64,000 nucleotides of DNA from Octopus sinensis (taxonomy: Eukaryota): the NCBI RefSeq assembly GCF_006345805.1, contig NW_021833277.1, positions 1 to 64,000 on the forward strand. Reading direction: 5' to 3'. The position numbers and the translations under genes were made by a program. Every line of letters begins with the position of its first letter. Position 1 is the first letter of the stretch. The notes under the pieces were generated by a model that saw nothing but the letters and a program-made list of their open reading frames with translations, made no database searches and was not told the DNA's origin. Below are positions 13,183 through 26,268 of this stretch, one piece after another.

Positions 13183-13859
13183 TACATAAATAATCGGTAA
13201 AATAACGTCAATTATGTTGGCGGGGTCCACTTCGGATAGATGGCTTTGTTAACTTCTAGTAAATAACAGTTTTACTGCAATCGGTAAAATATATTGAAAT
13301 TATAACATACGCTTATTTAAACGAATTAAGACAATCTGAGTCGAGTTATTTGTTAGGATTGATTCATTTTCTTATTTTATTTAATTTTGACAGTGATTCT
13401 GGACATCCAGAGGTTGATGCTTTATTCTATTTTTGATTTAGTGGGGGTTGTCTATAGATTTCCCATCTGATTGACAAACCAAAACACGTGTAGACATGAT
13501 CAAATTGGATTTATGGAAACAGCCAATCAATTTTCTCCCTGCAAGAATGATTTTTTTATTTGTTTAAAAACTTAAATTGGATTGTTTTTCTCACGTTGGG
13601 GGGAAGATTGCTTTACAATTACTTCGGAGGATGACAAAAGAAATGCGTTAGAAAATCCAAACCTTTTTGTCAAAGATCTTGGAGGAGATCCGTGTTTTTA
13701 CAGGAGGAGATCCGAAGTCACAACTTGTCTGAGAGGCAAGAAACAAAAAAGAAAGATTTTGGAAAAGAAGCATATTTTTTGATCCTCGAATCTTTGGGCC
13801 TAGAAAAGACTAATCCGAAGTCACTGCTGAGAGTTTTAGGAAAGTAGCTGAATAGGTAC

Positions 13860-14675
13860 GAATAGGTACGGATGATATCTCCAGCAAAGCTAAAATGGAA
13901 GCAATCAGACCTACATTGGATCAGCATCGCCTCGCCGGTGCCGCTGCCAGACCTGAAAGTGGGGCGTGGCTTAATGCCCTCCCTTGCTCCCAATCTGGAA
14001 CCCTTCTCGATAATGACTGTGTGAGGATTGGCGTAGCAATACGTTTGGGACTTAATGTCTGTTCGGGGGGCCAATGCCGATGTGGTAGTAAAGTCGATAC
14101 CAAAGGACTACATCCCCTGTCATGCAGGAGGAGTGCTGGCCGTGCTCCCAGACACTCCGCTATCAACGAGACTATTTCGGCTGCGTTACAAGCAGCTGGA
14201 TTCCCGACAGAACTGGAACCCGTTGGGCTTGACCGTGGAGACGGTAAACGCCCAGATGGAGTCACCATTTTCCCGTGGAGTAATGGGAAATGCCTCGCGT
14301 GGGACTCCACGTGCACAGACACCTTCTCAAAGACCAATATAGTTGACTCCGCGATCAGTCCAGGCTCAGCCGCTGAGAAGGCTGAGGCACATAAAGTTCA
14401 GAAATATTCCAACCTGTTGGACAACTTCATCTTCTCCCCAATATCCATAGAAACCTCCGGGGTCATGAGCCAAAAATCGTTCGAACTCGTCGAGAAAATC
14501 GGGGATCTGATCTCGAGAAGACGGAGAGAGCCTCGGGAGAAGCAATGGTTGTTCCAAAGAATATCCATTGCGATCCTGAGGGGCAACGTCTTCTCGATCA
14601 TCAGTAGCTTTAGATTGTAATAATTATTTTCGGGTGTTAAAAAAAAAAAAAATTTGTATTAAAAAAAAAAAAAAT
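13860..14675 (+). mobile_element. CRE-clade retrotransposon 3' part: zinc knuckle plus restriction-like endonuclease, poly(A) tail
   Basis: SGAWLNALP, CRCG...HPLSC...RH, KRPDG, WDSTC, SIETSG, LFQRISIAILRGN; A runs at ~14639-14652 and ~14660-14674. Confidence 0.9.
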
Positions 14676-14978
14676 TTTAAAAAGGTACGCGCAGGTTCCG
14701 TATACAAGTTACTTTCCACACTAATTTTAAAAAGATTTAATTTTTTATATAGTGACAAAATTTTCTTTGTGGTGACGGTTTCTTACTCATTTTGAACTTT
14801 CCGTTTTAGCAGTAAATTTACTACAAACTTTAATTCACATAGGAGTTTGACAAAATTATTATTATCATAATATTGTTATTAATTCAGAAAATTACCTTTG
14901 TGGTCTTTAAAGCCTGATTTTAAAAGCAAGGTTTGTGTAAGATACAAATAACCTTATTAGTACTAATAATGTTAATTA

Positions 14979-17900
14979 TTATTGATGGTAAAGATTTTTA
15001 ATTCTTTCGATGCATGAAGTCCAATAACAATCCCACCGTGTTTTTCCTGCAACCCATTATTTGACGCATCCTCAATTTCTTTTATATAATCCTCCATAAC
15101 TTCTGCATTCTGTTCAATTCATAAATCAAAACCACCTCAACTACGTTGTACTTATGTTCTCTCACTCTCTGATGAGCCAATGTCTTTCTAAAATATTCCT
15201 CGTCGTCGAAGAGATCCATTATTTGTTTCCATTTTTTGTTGTCAGTTTTTGAATCCAAGTGATCCCTCATTCTTTTTAAAAGCTTCTTAATTTTATCTTT
15301 GTATCAAATTTTGTAGTTTCACAAATGTCATAATCAGTGAATGCAGTTGCAGTGTTATTTTCTCTCAATTCTCCGAACAGGAGTGCCTCGATTGGTTTCC
15401 GTTCGGGAGGAAGTTCTTAAAATTATAAATGTCATGTTTCAACCATCAAATGTTATTTCTTCTTCAGTCAAAATGTTGTCAAATATTTTGAGGTAATCCA
15501 AGGCCAGGACGAGATAGTCTTCCACGTATTGAATTGTTGTTAAGGCATATGATTTCTAAATTAATGGTATTTCTTTACTTTAAATTCTTTGATCAATGGT
15601 AAAAAATTGGCTTGAATTTTATTTTCCGAAGTTTCTTGATCATTTACTAATTTTTCTAATTTTCCAGTATGTGCAGGATGGCCCAAAATAGGAAAGAGCT
15701 TGGCGTCATACATTTTCTTGGCTTTTAAAATATTTGACAGACTTTATGTGATCCAAACTTGTCTATAACGTCCTTGATTCTTGTATTAAATTCACTTTTC
15801 TGCTGTGCCACCGATTCCTCGAATTTGATTGTACAATTTTTTAAATTTCCTAAAGAAAATTTGACTACAGCATCCATCAATTTACGGACTTGGTCTCCAA
15901 ATTCTATTTTTTATAATCTCATTAATATAACCATTTACGCAGTTTTGTTGATATGTTGTTATCTGACTCAGAAAATTTTCAATTCTGGTAAGAACAGAGT
16001 TTGTACTCTCGTCAAAACTCTCGTTTCCATCGGCCAATATCTTTGATTTGTTTTTCCCAGTTTTAGTTTTAAAAAATGCCTTTTCATTAGAAAACAAATA
16101 TCACTTCAATCCTTTCAAACAGTAAGCCAATGGTTCGATTGAGTATCAATTTATTATTGTAAATAAACGTATGGGGTCCGGTTGGTTCAAATTGTTTCAG
16201 TCTCAATTTGATCTTTTCTTTTTTAGTCATTGATTTCATGACCAGACTACAGTCTAATGTATCCCTCACCTTGCTTGGTCTGATATTTTACTGTACGTGT
16301 CACAATTGACGTCTCTTCGAGTAGTTCCAATGCTCACTAATATCATATTATATTATTTTGATTTAAATATAGAATGAAAACCAACTTTTTTTAGTTATGG
16401 AAGGCATCACATTGTCGTTAAAATTGGTATGACTTGATTTATTTAATATTTATTACTTTAATTTATTAAAATTCGTGTTGTCTAGTAGACTTTTTGAATT
16501 ATTTCTGCTTGGTTTTGTAGCATACATGTCATATTGGGGTGATTGAGAAACTTCAAATCCAGATTTAAGGCAATTTAAATCGACTGCCCGAGCTTTAAAT
16601 TCTTCAAAAACTGTCTTCAAATTATAAATTTCCTAAAATATTTAAAATTTGAATACTTTGCCAGTCCGAATATTTTCCAACATTTCAAATAAAATTCGTG
16701 CTTTTCCGTTGCTTTTAGCGGCCAATGATTTTATGTTTATTTGACAGTTTGTGAGTATTTTACCGATGTCACTCAAAAAGTGGACATCCTTGGAATGTTC
16801 ACCAAGTCTAGCTTAATTAGTAAATAAACTAAACAAATTGTGACATTCGGAGCAAATTCGGGAATATTGTAACATTCGTTTAGATTCAGTCGCCTCTAAT
16901 TGGTCCAATATTTCCAATTCAGTGTTGTCAATTTCTTGGGATATTTTGTGAATCTGTTGACGGTACAAACCAACTTCTCCAGAACTAAATGTCCCTCCGT
17001 CACAGATCAGCCTACAAAATCAATTCAGAGAAAACTTGAAAGACTGTACGAGAGAATATGTTTTTTCTCTGCACTCCTGACTACACTGTTCTAAACTTGT
17101 TCGAAAATTACGAAATGAAGATTTTATTGTTTTTGAACAGTTTTCCATCTCCATTTCATAATACTCGCTCACTTTTGAGAATCTAGTAAATTTCTTAGTT
17201 CTTGGCAACTTGGAAATGTGATAGGTGTTGTCCAGTATGGTCTCGAGTTTAATCACGTGGTTTTGAAGCTTGTTCACAGTATTGCACTGAGTTTCTTCTA
17301 CCCGACTAAATTCTTCTGATATGTTTTTCAACAGCTCACGCACATTCCCACAAAATTTATTAAGTTGTTCATAATGTTGATTGATTTGATCTTACTTATT
17401 TAGCATTGCAAAGCTAACCAACTCGGAATCGATAAATATCGATTTCAATGCGTTTCTGACGGGGTTTTAGTAGATTCAATTTTATTTGAAGTTCTGATTT
17501 GACTTCCTCACTCTTTAAAATTTAATTTAAAGTAAGACCTTAAACTCTACGATATCTTTGGTTTTTTCTTCCACCTCGATTTTCCATTCAGAAAATTTAC
17601 TTTTGAACAATTTTTTCAATCTTTAGAGTTATTAAAATATTTCAGACCTTTCTGCTACATCAGTAAAAAACAAGTCAGAGATTGTCAGACTTTCCTGAAA
17701 ATTTTCTATCATTTTTCTTTTAATATTTTCAGTGATTGTATCTGATCTGGTCAATTGATGACTTGTTTTTCGATTTTGAAAAAATTCTGTAATCGATCTA
17801 TGAATTTCGCGTAAAATTGTCCGTATTGTTCCCGGGTAAGATTTGAGAAATTTTATTTGATTTTTTCCAAAATTTTCGTAGCTAAAAATACTAAAACAAA

Positions 17901-19700
17901 ATACCTTGATTTAATGTTATTCAAATATTCCACTGCCTTAGTGAAATTGTTGTTGAGCTGATCTTGTGTGTAATCCTCTCGCATATCCTCGATATATTTT
18001 GTGATGTTATTTTCAATTTCCAAAGAAAAAAATGTAAATAATATACTTCTAAATATTCTCGATTTTCTGTTATATCACGGAGCATTGTTTGATTCATTTC
18101 ATCGAAGGATGAATTCAACTTCGTTTCTCCATTATTCCAAAGAAGGATAGCTTTTTCTGTGAATTGAACGGTTTCGGATATTTTTTTGGACATGTTTTTT
18201 TGAAATATTTTAATTTTTTTCTGAAAAAATACATTTGAAATACTTACCATCAGAACAGTTGCATCATTATTCCAAATTAAAGTTTTTCGTCTTAATATGC
18301 TCATAAATGAATTATTAAAGTCTTCTATTCGTTGTTCTGCCTCTTCGACGGAAAAGATATTGTCCAAAGAAGTCTTTGAATTTATATGTACAACTTACCA
18401 TAAACTCGTCTTTCCTGTTTTTCATTTCTAGAATTCTCTCAGATTTTAACAAATTCAGTTCTTCTTTAAGTTCAACAAATGTATTTTCTATAAATAGTTC
18501 TTTATTATCGATGACCATATTCTTTATCAATTTCTGTAATTTGGAAGGCCGCATTTTCGGTTTGTTCGCGAATTTTATCAAATCCCGACGAACTGCATAT
18601 TTTAAATTAATCCACAATAAACCCAAGAGTTTCAAAAATGAATAAAATTTGTTTATTTATTTGAGCAAATCTATTTACATAATTTTGTAAAGTTTCTTTA
18701 TATATATCATACATGTTGAATGATACGCCTTCAATTTGCTCACTACAAAGTTACACAATATATTTTACAGAAATTGTTTTATTGCAATCTCCATCTTGTC
18801 ATTCCGTAAATTACTCTTTACTATGGTCCATTTTTCCAACATAATATGTTTAATCTCGATATCTCTCATTTTTAGTGCTTTTCGCACATTTTCATATTTT
18901 TTGAGATTTGATACTACAGATAAATTGAATAACTGAATATTTAATTATGTTTCTGATACTAGTGACTTTTCGTCCAAAATATCGTCGACTTGTTGGGGGA
19001 GAATGTGTGCAATGGCGATTAGATTTTTTTTGGTTTGTGTAAATAAATCAATCATCTTTGAAAATAATAATTTAGCACATACTGATTTGAGTCGTCTATT
19101 CTCCAATTGTTTTAATTCGTCATAAAACGATAAAATAATCATTTCTCTTTTTTCCATTAGACTTTCTAGCTGAATTTTCCGTTGAGGAAGTTGGTCATAT
19201 TCCATGTCGTTTTTCTAAATAAATATAAATTATTACTTCTTCTAGAGAATTTGAAATGTCCTCAATTTCCTTTTTATATTGATGTGATGATTCTGTCAAT
19301 TTGTTGCATATTGATTTCACTTGATGGTACAATTCCTATAAATATTGAGGTAAATAGATTCTACATTCTGGATGAGGAGAGATTTATTTTCATGTTGCTT
19401 CAATTCGTTTTCGTGTCTGTTTATATTATAATATCGTTCACCGTTCTTTCTTATTTTCGTTATATTGTTTGATATATTTTGAAGGCATTCTTGTAGACGG
19501 AGAATTAATTTTTGGCAACTTTTTTACAGAGTCAATATTTTCTTGTTGTTCTTTGATTAAATCACTTAAAATAATAGCAAATAATATTTCACTTATGCTG
19601 AGTCTGGATTTTCCGATCAGCAACAGTTAATATCATCTCGTTGTTCTGTAGACTTTTTTTTCTTGTCTTATACACATTTAGAGACTTAACCAAGCTTGTC
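14979..19700 (-). CDS. CCDC180: CCDC180-like coiled-coil ciliary protein (many tiny introns; boundaries approximate)
   Basis: Exons ELKQLENRRLKS...LIAIAHILPQQVDDILDEK and INLKYAVRRDLIKF resemble DUF4455; KLFPILGHPAHTGKLEKL resembles DUF4456. Consecutive minus-strand coiled-coil exons cover ~4.7 kb. Confidence 0.6.
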
Positions 19701-21180
19701 TTTAAACTGTAAACATTCAAACCAACTATACTTGAGCTAAAAATAGCGGACGGTATGATTCCTCCATTATATATCCAGAATTGTTACGATTCCATAGAAA
19801 CAATTTTATATTAAAATATCGTTAAAATTATTCTATTTCAAAAAAATAAAATCAGTTCAACACAACATTTTTATTATCAGCTTCCTCTATGATTTTTATC
19901 TGCTTAAAAAACAATGTTTTAACTTTGCATGAAAATAATCTAAATTTGATTTAATATTAATTTACGTTCTCTAGAGAAAATTTATGATTTACAAGACTAC
20001 CTTTAATAATGTAGGGTCCTTTGAGTCCTTATAATTTAGAATTTAGAATATTCTGAACAATTTTAAAGTATTTAAGTCTTAGAAATTTGAATAATTGGTT
20101 CTGATTTGGCTGGAATTGTATTTGATGTTTGTACACATAAAATAAGTAAAAATTCTTTGATTTTTGAAATCAAATCTTTTACAGATTTCGATTGAAGTAG
20201 TTTGCATTTACAATTAAGTAGTTTTGAAATTTTATCAAACTGTCACATTTACTACACTTCATGTTAAAGAGGATTCATACTTGAGAACCATTCTTCTAGC
20301 AGAATGTTTAGTTTTTTAAATGTTATTTGGTCAGCGGGGTTTTGTGAAAGTTTTATTTTTAAGACTAACCTTGGAGAGTCCATTTGTGCAAGAGCTACCT
20401 TATTTTGGAGTGACGTTCGAAAAGAATAGTAAATTAAAAAAATACATAAACCGCTCCAAAAGACATGCTCAAATTAAAAAATTTTGTTTTTGCCAGTCCT
20501 CTGAACGTACTCAGAGCAAGCAAAAAATTTGCCTAAGATAAGCAAAATTACATGAATGTATTAAAGACAATCCGTGGGACTTGATACTCCATAGACTAAA
20601 CTTAGGAGAGCGTCTAAACAAAGATCGAAACTCGAATTTAACTTCTTTTCTCATTGAAATATAAATGAAAAAAATGTTTGGAAAAATAGTCTGAATGTCT
20701 TAGAGAAGGCATTGGATAAATAAAATAATACTAATTCGTGCTTTCTAAAAAGTCTTCAATCATAAATATTTTCAATTTAATTTTATAAATAAATTCTGAG
20801 AGCATTTAGAACGAATGAATTTGAGTACGATTTTGAGAGTTTGAATGATTTTAGCGATTTTAATTAAATCGATTAATTAGTAAATTAATCAAAAAAAGTA
20901 AAATCACAGTTTTTTAGTTATTAAAGTAGTTGAGATTGTTGGGATATAATAATTTGTTATTTTTAGTTAACAAATATTTAGATTTTGATTTAAAGTGAAC
21001 AATTTTATTAATTTTTTGAAGATTTAAAAAATTATTACATATTTCAATTTTATAACAAAAATATTTATTTATTATTATAATTAATTTATATTAAAAATGT
21101 ATACTATTTTATCTTTGGCTTACCATTTACAAATAAATATTTTAAATTTTAAATCAAATCTGAATACAAATTTGATCAAA

Positions 21181-22929
21181 ATGTTCTACATACATCAACT
21201 TTTACAAAGAAGGACAGGAAAATTTGGAATTATTTGGTACTAATTAGCCACATATTTAAGGATCGCTGCCACCAAAAGTGGGAGAATCTCAAAACTCGAA
21301 TATAACAAGACCAATATTGTAGAAAATTGGTTTTTCTGTACAAAAATATTCATTTAGCGAGGAATTGGCTGCCCATGTCCTTGGTCTCCTCGACACAGAG
21401 CGTGGGAGGAGAAAGACTCGCTTCTCTTTATATCTTTCGGCCAAATTAGTCATTGGAGTAGTCCGAGTTTACTCTAAGCAAATCGAATACCTGATAAGTA
21501 AGCAAATCATTAAATTTCCTAGCCGACATCAAGTCCTTTACTCGATCTTTCTACTCGAGGCACTTGTCTGCCAGTTTTACTCCCACAAAGAGGCCTATTC
21601 GGAGACAGAGAGTTAAAAGAAAAGAGTTTTTTATTCGCGATGAAGACCAGAACAATTATTTTGACTTTAATTATCTGGTTTTAGTTCACTATATTTATTC
21701 TTAGGACGAAATCACCGATTCTATGGGTATTTTAATTTATTATATATTTAATTAATTCCACCACGTCATTCAAAATAATTTTCCCGCTCTTTTTAGATTT
21801 GTACACGGTTAACCAACAATTAATAACACTTCAAGAAGAAAATTTCAGCAGAAATACAATCCAATACAATCAAGACATTATTCCCCCCTTAAACGAAGAA
21901 GAATTCCAAAGTCTCCTCAACGAATTACAAAATCAAGAACAAATCTCCTCCATTTCCGACACAAGTCCATCCAAAAGACCCCAAAGTGTTAGAAATGAGC
22001 AACCAAATACTCCAATTCCAAAAAGAAACCGACCTTTGGACGAGGCATTGGGCCTTCAGGGAATGTCCATCAGTCAGGGAATCGAGCTCAGTCAACCCAG
22101 AGAATCGGTAAGTGAGAATTATACACTTAATAAGTCAAGTAGTGAATTTGTCACATTTGAATAGCACTTGTAGTATAAATTTGTAGAATAATTAAATTAA
22201 TTTTATAAAATTGACTCTTTAGCAAGTCAAGAGGTGTGTTCGGAAAACTAAAAGACTAATTGTAGATCAAGTGACTAACTACAGCATTGACAAATTAAAA
22301 GAAAATAAAAACAGAGCTGAATCAACAAGTAAAAAACTTAAATTGGTTAATCACGAACTTCCTTTGTCATTTGAAACACTTTCAAGCAAATTTGCCAGTC
22401 TTTTTAACAATAAATCAACTTTTAGAAAACTTTAATAACCTTTGGTCTCCACCGATTGTAATCCATTTTCCGAAACGCGGAAAAATGGCGAAATATAACA
22501 GCATTGAGGTGGCAAGGAGAATGCAAAGTGAAGAAGAAGAACCAAGTGAAAGATTTCACAAATCTCCTGCAATTCTAACAAATTATGAACCAATGTAATT
22601 TTGACTTGAAAATTGATAACAGAAGTTTTAATTCTAAAACTGAACGAAGTATTCAAATCCCCGAATTGACTGAAACGTCGCTTAATAGTTCTGCCACGTC
22701 CACATTTGATGAGAGAGTGTTGGAGAAATGTAAGGAACAGTCATTTCTGAGGGGGGTCACTACATTCGACCAAATTTGTCCTCCAACACGGAACAGTCGA
22801 AAAACTGCAGCGAGATATTTCTCGAGTTTGTTGGGTGAGTTTTTTGTAAATATTTTATCAGTTCTTTGCAAAAATTGTAAAATTATGTGCCGACAAAATG
22901 AGAAGATTATTGAAATTTCTATTTTATAA
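21181..22929 (+). CDS. REC8: Meiotic cohesin kleisin REC8
   Basis: Spliced N-terminus MFYIHQLLQRRTGKFGIIW|IAATKSGRISKLEYNKTNIVENC|EELAAHV...RFSLYLSAKLVIGVVRVYSKQIEYL; C-terminal winged helix RKTAARYFSSLL|VLCK. Confidence 0.85.
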
Positions 22930-23304
22930 TTCTGTTTTTTTACGTGTTGTTTGTGTTTTTTGTTTATCTATTTTTAATGTATATAAATTTATAAATGAAG
23001 ATGTTTTTTTAGTTTTACTTTTCAGATTTTATCACAAAGTCTATTAATATAAAACCCGAGCTTTGGTCCCTCAAAAAAATTAAGTAAAAAATAAATTAGA
23101 AGTATTTTTTAAAGATTTTTTATCGTCACAAACTGGGGGTACCGACTATATTCCAATAACTGGTCAACCAAACTATATTTTAAATAAAAGTGAAGAGTGA
23201 AGAAATAGATTTTAAATAAAAGCTTATTAATGTTAAGTATTTTTATAAATATGATAATTTATTAATTAATAAATACCACGTGTATTATTGTGTTCTAGTG
23301 AGCT

Positions 23305-23817
23305 ATGCAGATATTCGTCAAGACTCCCTCTCAAGGAACACTGTGCTGTAATGTAATGCTCAGTTAAACCATCTAATCTAGGTCTTAGAGACCGACCAGA
23401 CTCGAACATTGCTTGAACAAATTTCCATAAAGATAGGTTCCGTTTAATTCTCGAACATTTAAAGGAATTTCACTCAATGAGGTGTATATTAGCCACAAGG
23501 GTTCAACATTGAGTGCAGATTGTTCGTTGGATTCGTATGGAATAAAAGATCTGTCAACCCTCCATCAATTTGTGCCCCTCCTGGGAGGAAAGAAGAAGAA
23601 GAAATCCAAAAAGCACACCACGCCAAAGAAGAGGAAACACAAAAGAAAGAAAGTCGTGATGGCTGCTCTGAAATACTACAAAGTCAACAACGACGGAGAA
23701 GTCACGTTGTTGAGAGATCGGTGCCCCAATCCTGAATGTGGGCCTGCATCCATGATGGCCAAACACAAAAATAGGAGCACATGTGGGAAATGTACCAGGA
23801 CAATCATGGCTAATTAG
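23305..23817 (+). CDS. RPS27A: Ubiquitin-like-ribosomal protein S27a (eS31) fusion with highly divergent ubiquitin moiety
   Basis: Introns 23353-23381 and 23437-23464 give a 76-aa Ub-fold ending LLGG, followed by KKKKKSKKHTTPKKRKHKRKKV...CPNPECG...CGKC. Confidence 0.92.
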
Positions 23818-24114
23818 GACGTACTCTTTCTTATTCATTAATTCTTGTTTCTTTTCGTTGGTCAGTTTAGGCTGTGTGTTTTGAAAATAGGTTTTAAATT
23901 GGGTTATTATTAATAAAAGTGCATTTAAGTAAATCTATTCAGGAAAAGATCGTGTATGTAATATTTAAAATACATATTTTTTTAAGGAAGAATATGCTTT
24001 TTAAATACTTTATTGACCAAAGGATTTGTAAGTTGTATTATTTTTTTATTTTTTATAGCAGATTGTTTTCAATTTGTGAGTATTTTTCGGGTTTCTTAAA
24101 TTAACTTTTATTTT

Positions 24115-24440
24115 TGAAATTTTTCATAAATGTTCGATTAAATTGCAGTCTGGCGATTGATTTGGTCATTCCAAAACATTTATTTCGTTTTTAGCAAACA
24201 TTTAGCAGTCATTTTGGAGTTTTGTTTTGGATCCTTGTCAACTGGAATGTGTTGTATTAACTTTAATTTGGTGATCTGAATGTAAAATATATTTTTCTAG
24301 GATTTTGCAATATTTGACTGAATTCATTATTCTATCTATTACATATAGTTGATGAAAAAGCCACATAACATGATACTTTCTCCCCCGTATTTTATGGTAG
24401 GTATGATGCATTTTTGGAATATGCGTGATTGAATTTACGC
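24115..24440 (-). pseudogene. Tc1/mariner transposase remnant
   Basis: Broken frames give KYGEKSIML, IMNSVKYCKILE, FQLDKDPKQNSK and NVLE*PNQSPDCNLIEHL, decayed versions of KHGGGSIMVW / FQQDNDPKH / WPSQSPDLNPIENLW. Confidence 0.65.
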
Positions 24441-24519
24441 CGAATTGATGGTTTGTAATTTTGATTTTTCCGGCTATAAAAAATTGTTTATGTATTCATT
24501 TTCTTTATTAAAGGAATAA

Positions 24520-25093
24520 TTGACATATTTAATTTGTCCAGAAATGTATTTTTCTAATAACGGAACACGACTGGATCTTCGTTTATTAGTACGTAGTGAA
24601 AGGGACACTGGAATAATCCCATCATTTTTTCCACATCAATTTACATTTTTTATAAGTAAAGTACAGTTTCAACTTTTTCAAAGGCAAAAAATTCCTCATC
24701 TCTTAAAAATTTTCAAAATTTCATTTGAATTCATTTTTGGCTCGAAATATTCGTTTATTCTACAAGTATTTTCGTTTACCCAGGAAATTGAAAGCTCTCT
24801 GGATACAAAAGTTAGTGAACTCAATATCACTAAGAAAATTGACAAGTGGAGAATATTGATTCCATATTTCCCTTAAATCAATAAGAAAGACTGCTGGGAG
24901 AATTTTGACGAAGAAAGTAATTCTGGGGAAAATCAGAGAAGTGCTAATGAAGAACATGCAAGAAACGATGCCTATCAATCACTTGATAGATTCAAAAAAT
25001 ATCAATCCAACGAATGACTTCGAGAAATTACACATAAAAGACCCTTATTTTAGCCCTTTTAGTTGGAAGGGACATAAACCGACGACACCATAA
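24520..25093 (+). CDS. Hypothetical tiny-intron gene
   Basis: Adjacent plus-strand ORF fragments separated by plausible ~28-31 nt GT-AG introns; no family recognised. Confidence 0.25.
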
Positions 25094-26268
25094 TATCACA
25101 TTATTATTTTTGGTTTCTGTTTTTCCAGTGTTATTATTTTATTAATTCAAAAATTTTAATAAAACTTGCAAAACGGCTCGATTTGTAGATGTTCGAAAAC
25201 AAAAACTCTCAATTCACAATTCAAAAACGATAAAGGCTTTTAGCACCTATCTGATGACTACATGCTTATAAAAGTCTAACGTACAATTAAAATGAGGGAA
25301 AGTCATTTTTCTTTAACTTCCAGTTGAATTGGAGCTGAATGAACTGTGAAGTACTTCCTAGTCTTTTCACTTTTAATCGTCCCATCCAAAGTCTGGAATA
25401 CAACTGATGCATTTGGCAACAATTTTAATGCTATGTAATAAGATTGTTGATTTGAAAATCCGTTATTTTTTCAATGAGAATATTTAAAAAATTTTATTTA
25501 CAGGGGTCAGTTTCATCTACAATTAAGAAAATCTTTTCATTAACTAACAATTCTATTTTATCAATAATACGTTTCTCGGCCAAAATTTTGACATTTTTTC
25601 GACATTTTGAATCTGAATTCAAATCCAATATTATTAAAAAAATACTTAGAAAGGATTCCGTAGGTTATAAAATAGAATATTTGCTGAAATAAATTCGCCA
25701 ATCTGTTTTTTCTACAGACCATTTTTACGGAATGCTACGCGAATGTTGGATACATTGCAATGTAAAATTTAACCAGGAATAATTGAAACATTCATGGATG
25801 ATTCTCAAGACTTTATAATGAGAGGATTTTGTAAATTTAAGCATGAAAATAACAATTGAACAATTAAAATTGACAAAATTGTCCTAAAAAACATAAAATA
25901 AAAGCTTTTTAAAACACCAAATGTATTTCTAGTATTTTATAGCATAATAATTTTTTGTTGACGTAATTACTAATAATATTATTAAAATTTTTTTACACAT
26001 GATTTGAATCACTTTTCTGTACCATTATTTAAATTTCTCCCTTGAATGTGCTTTAATACACAGTAATGAAGTTATAATTAGTGTGCTTTATATTTATGAA
26101 TTCTTAATAAATTAGAATTCAAAAAATTAAAATGCATTCAGCATTCAGGGTAGTAATTTCGATTTAAATTTGAATGAATGAATCTTTAATGAATTCAATA
26201 TAGGATAATTGTTGAAATCAATGTTTTTCACTATTTATAAATATGAAATCAACTACTATATATTCTAA

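Noticed and set aside
14676-14760. Spliced-leader RNA gene as CRE target (AAAAAG|GTACGCGC after the poly(A))
   Set aside because: No convincing Sm site or stem-loops, and I do not know the organism's SL sequence; too speculative.
25280-25440. LTR retrotransposon protease remnant
   Set aside because: Only a vague VVFQTLDGT peptide; no catalytic D(S/T)G, LTRs or other pol motifs.
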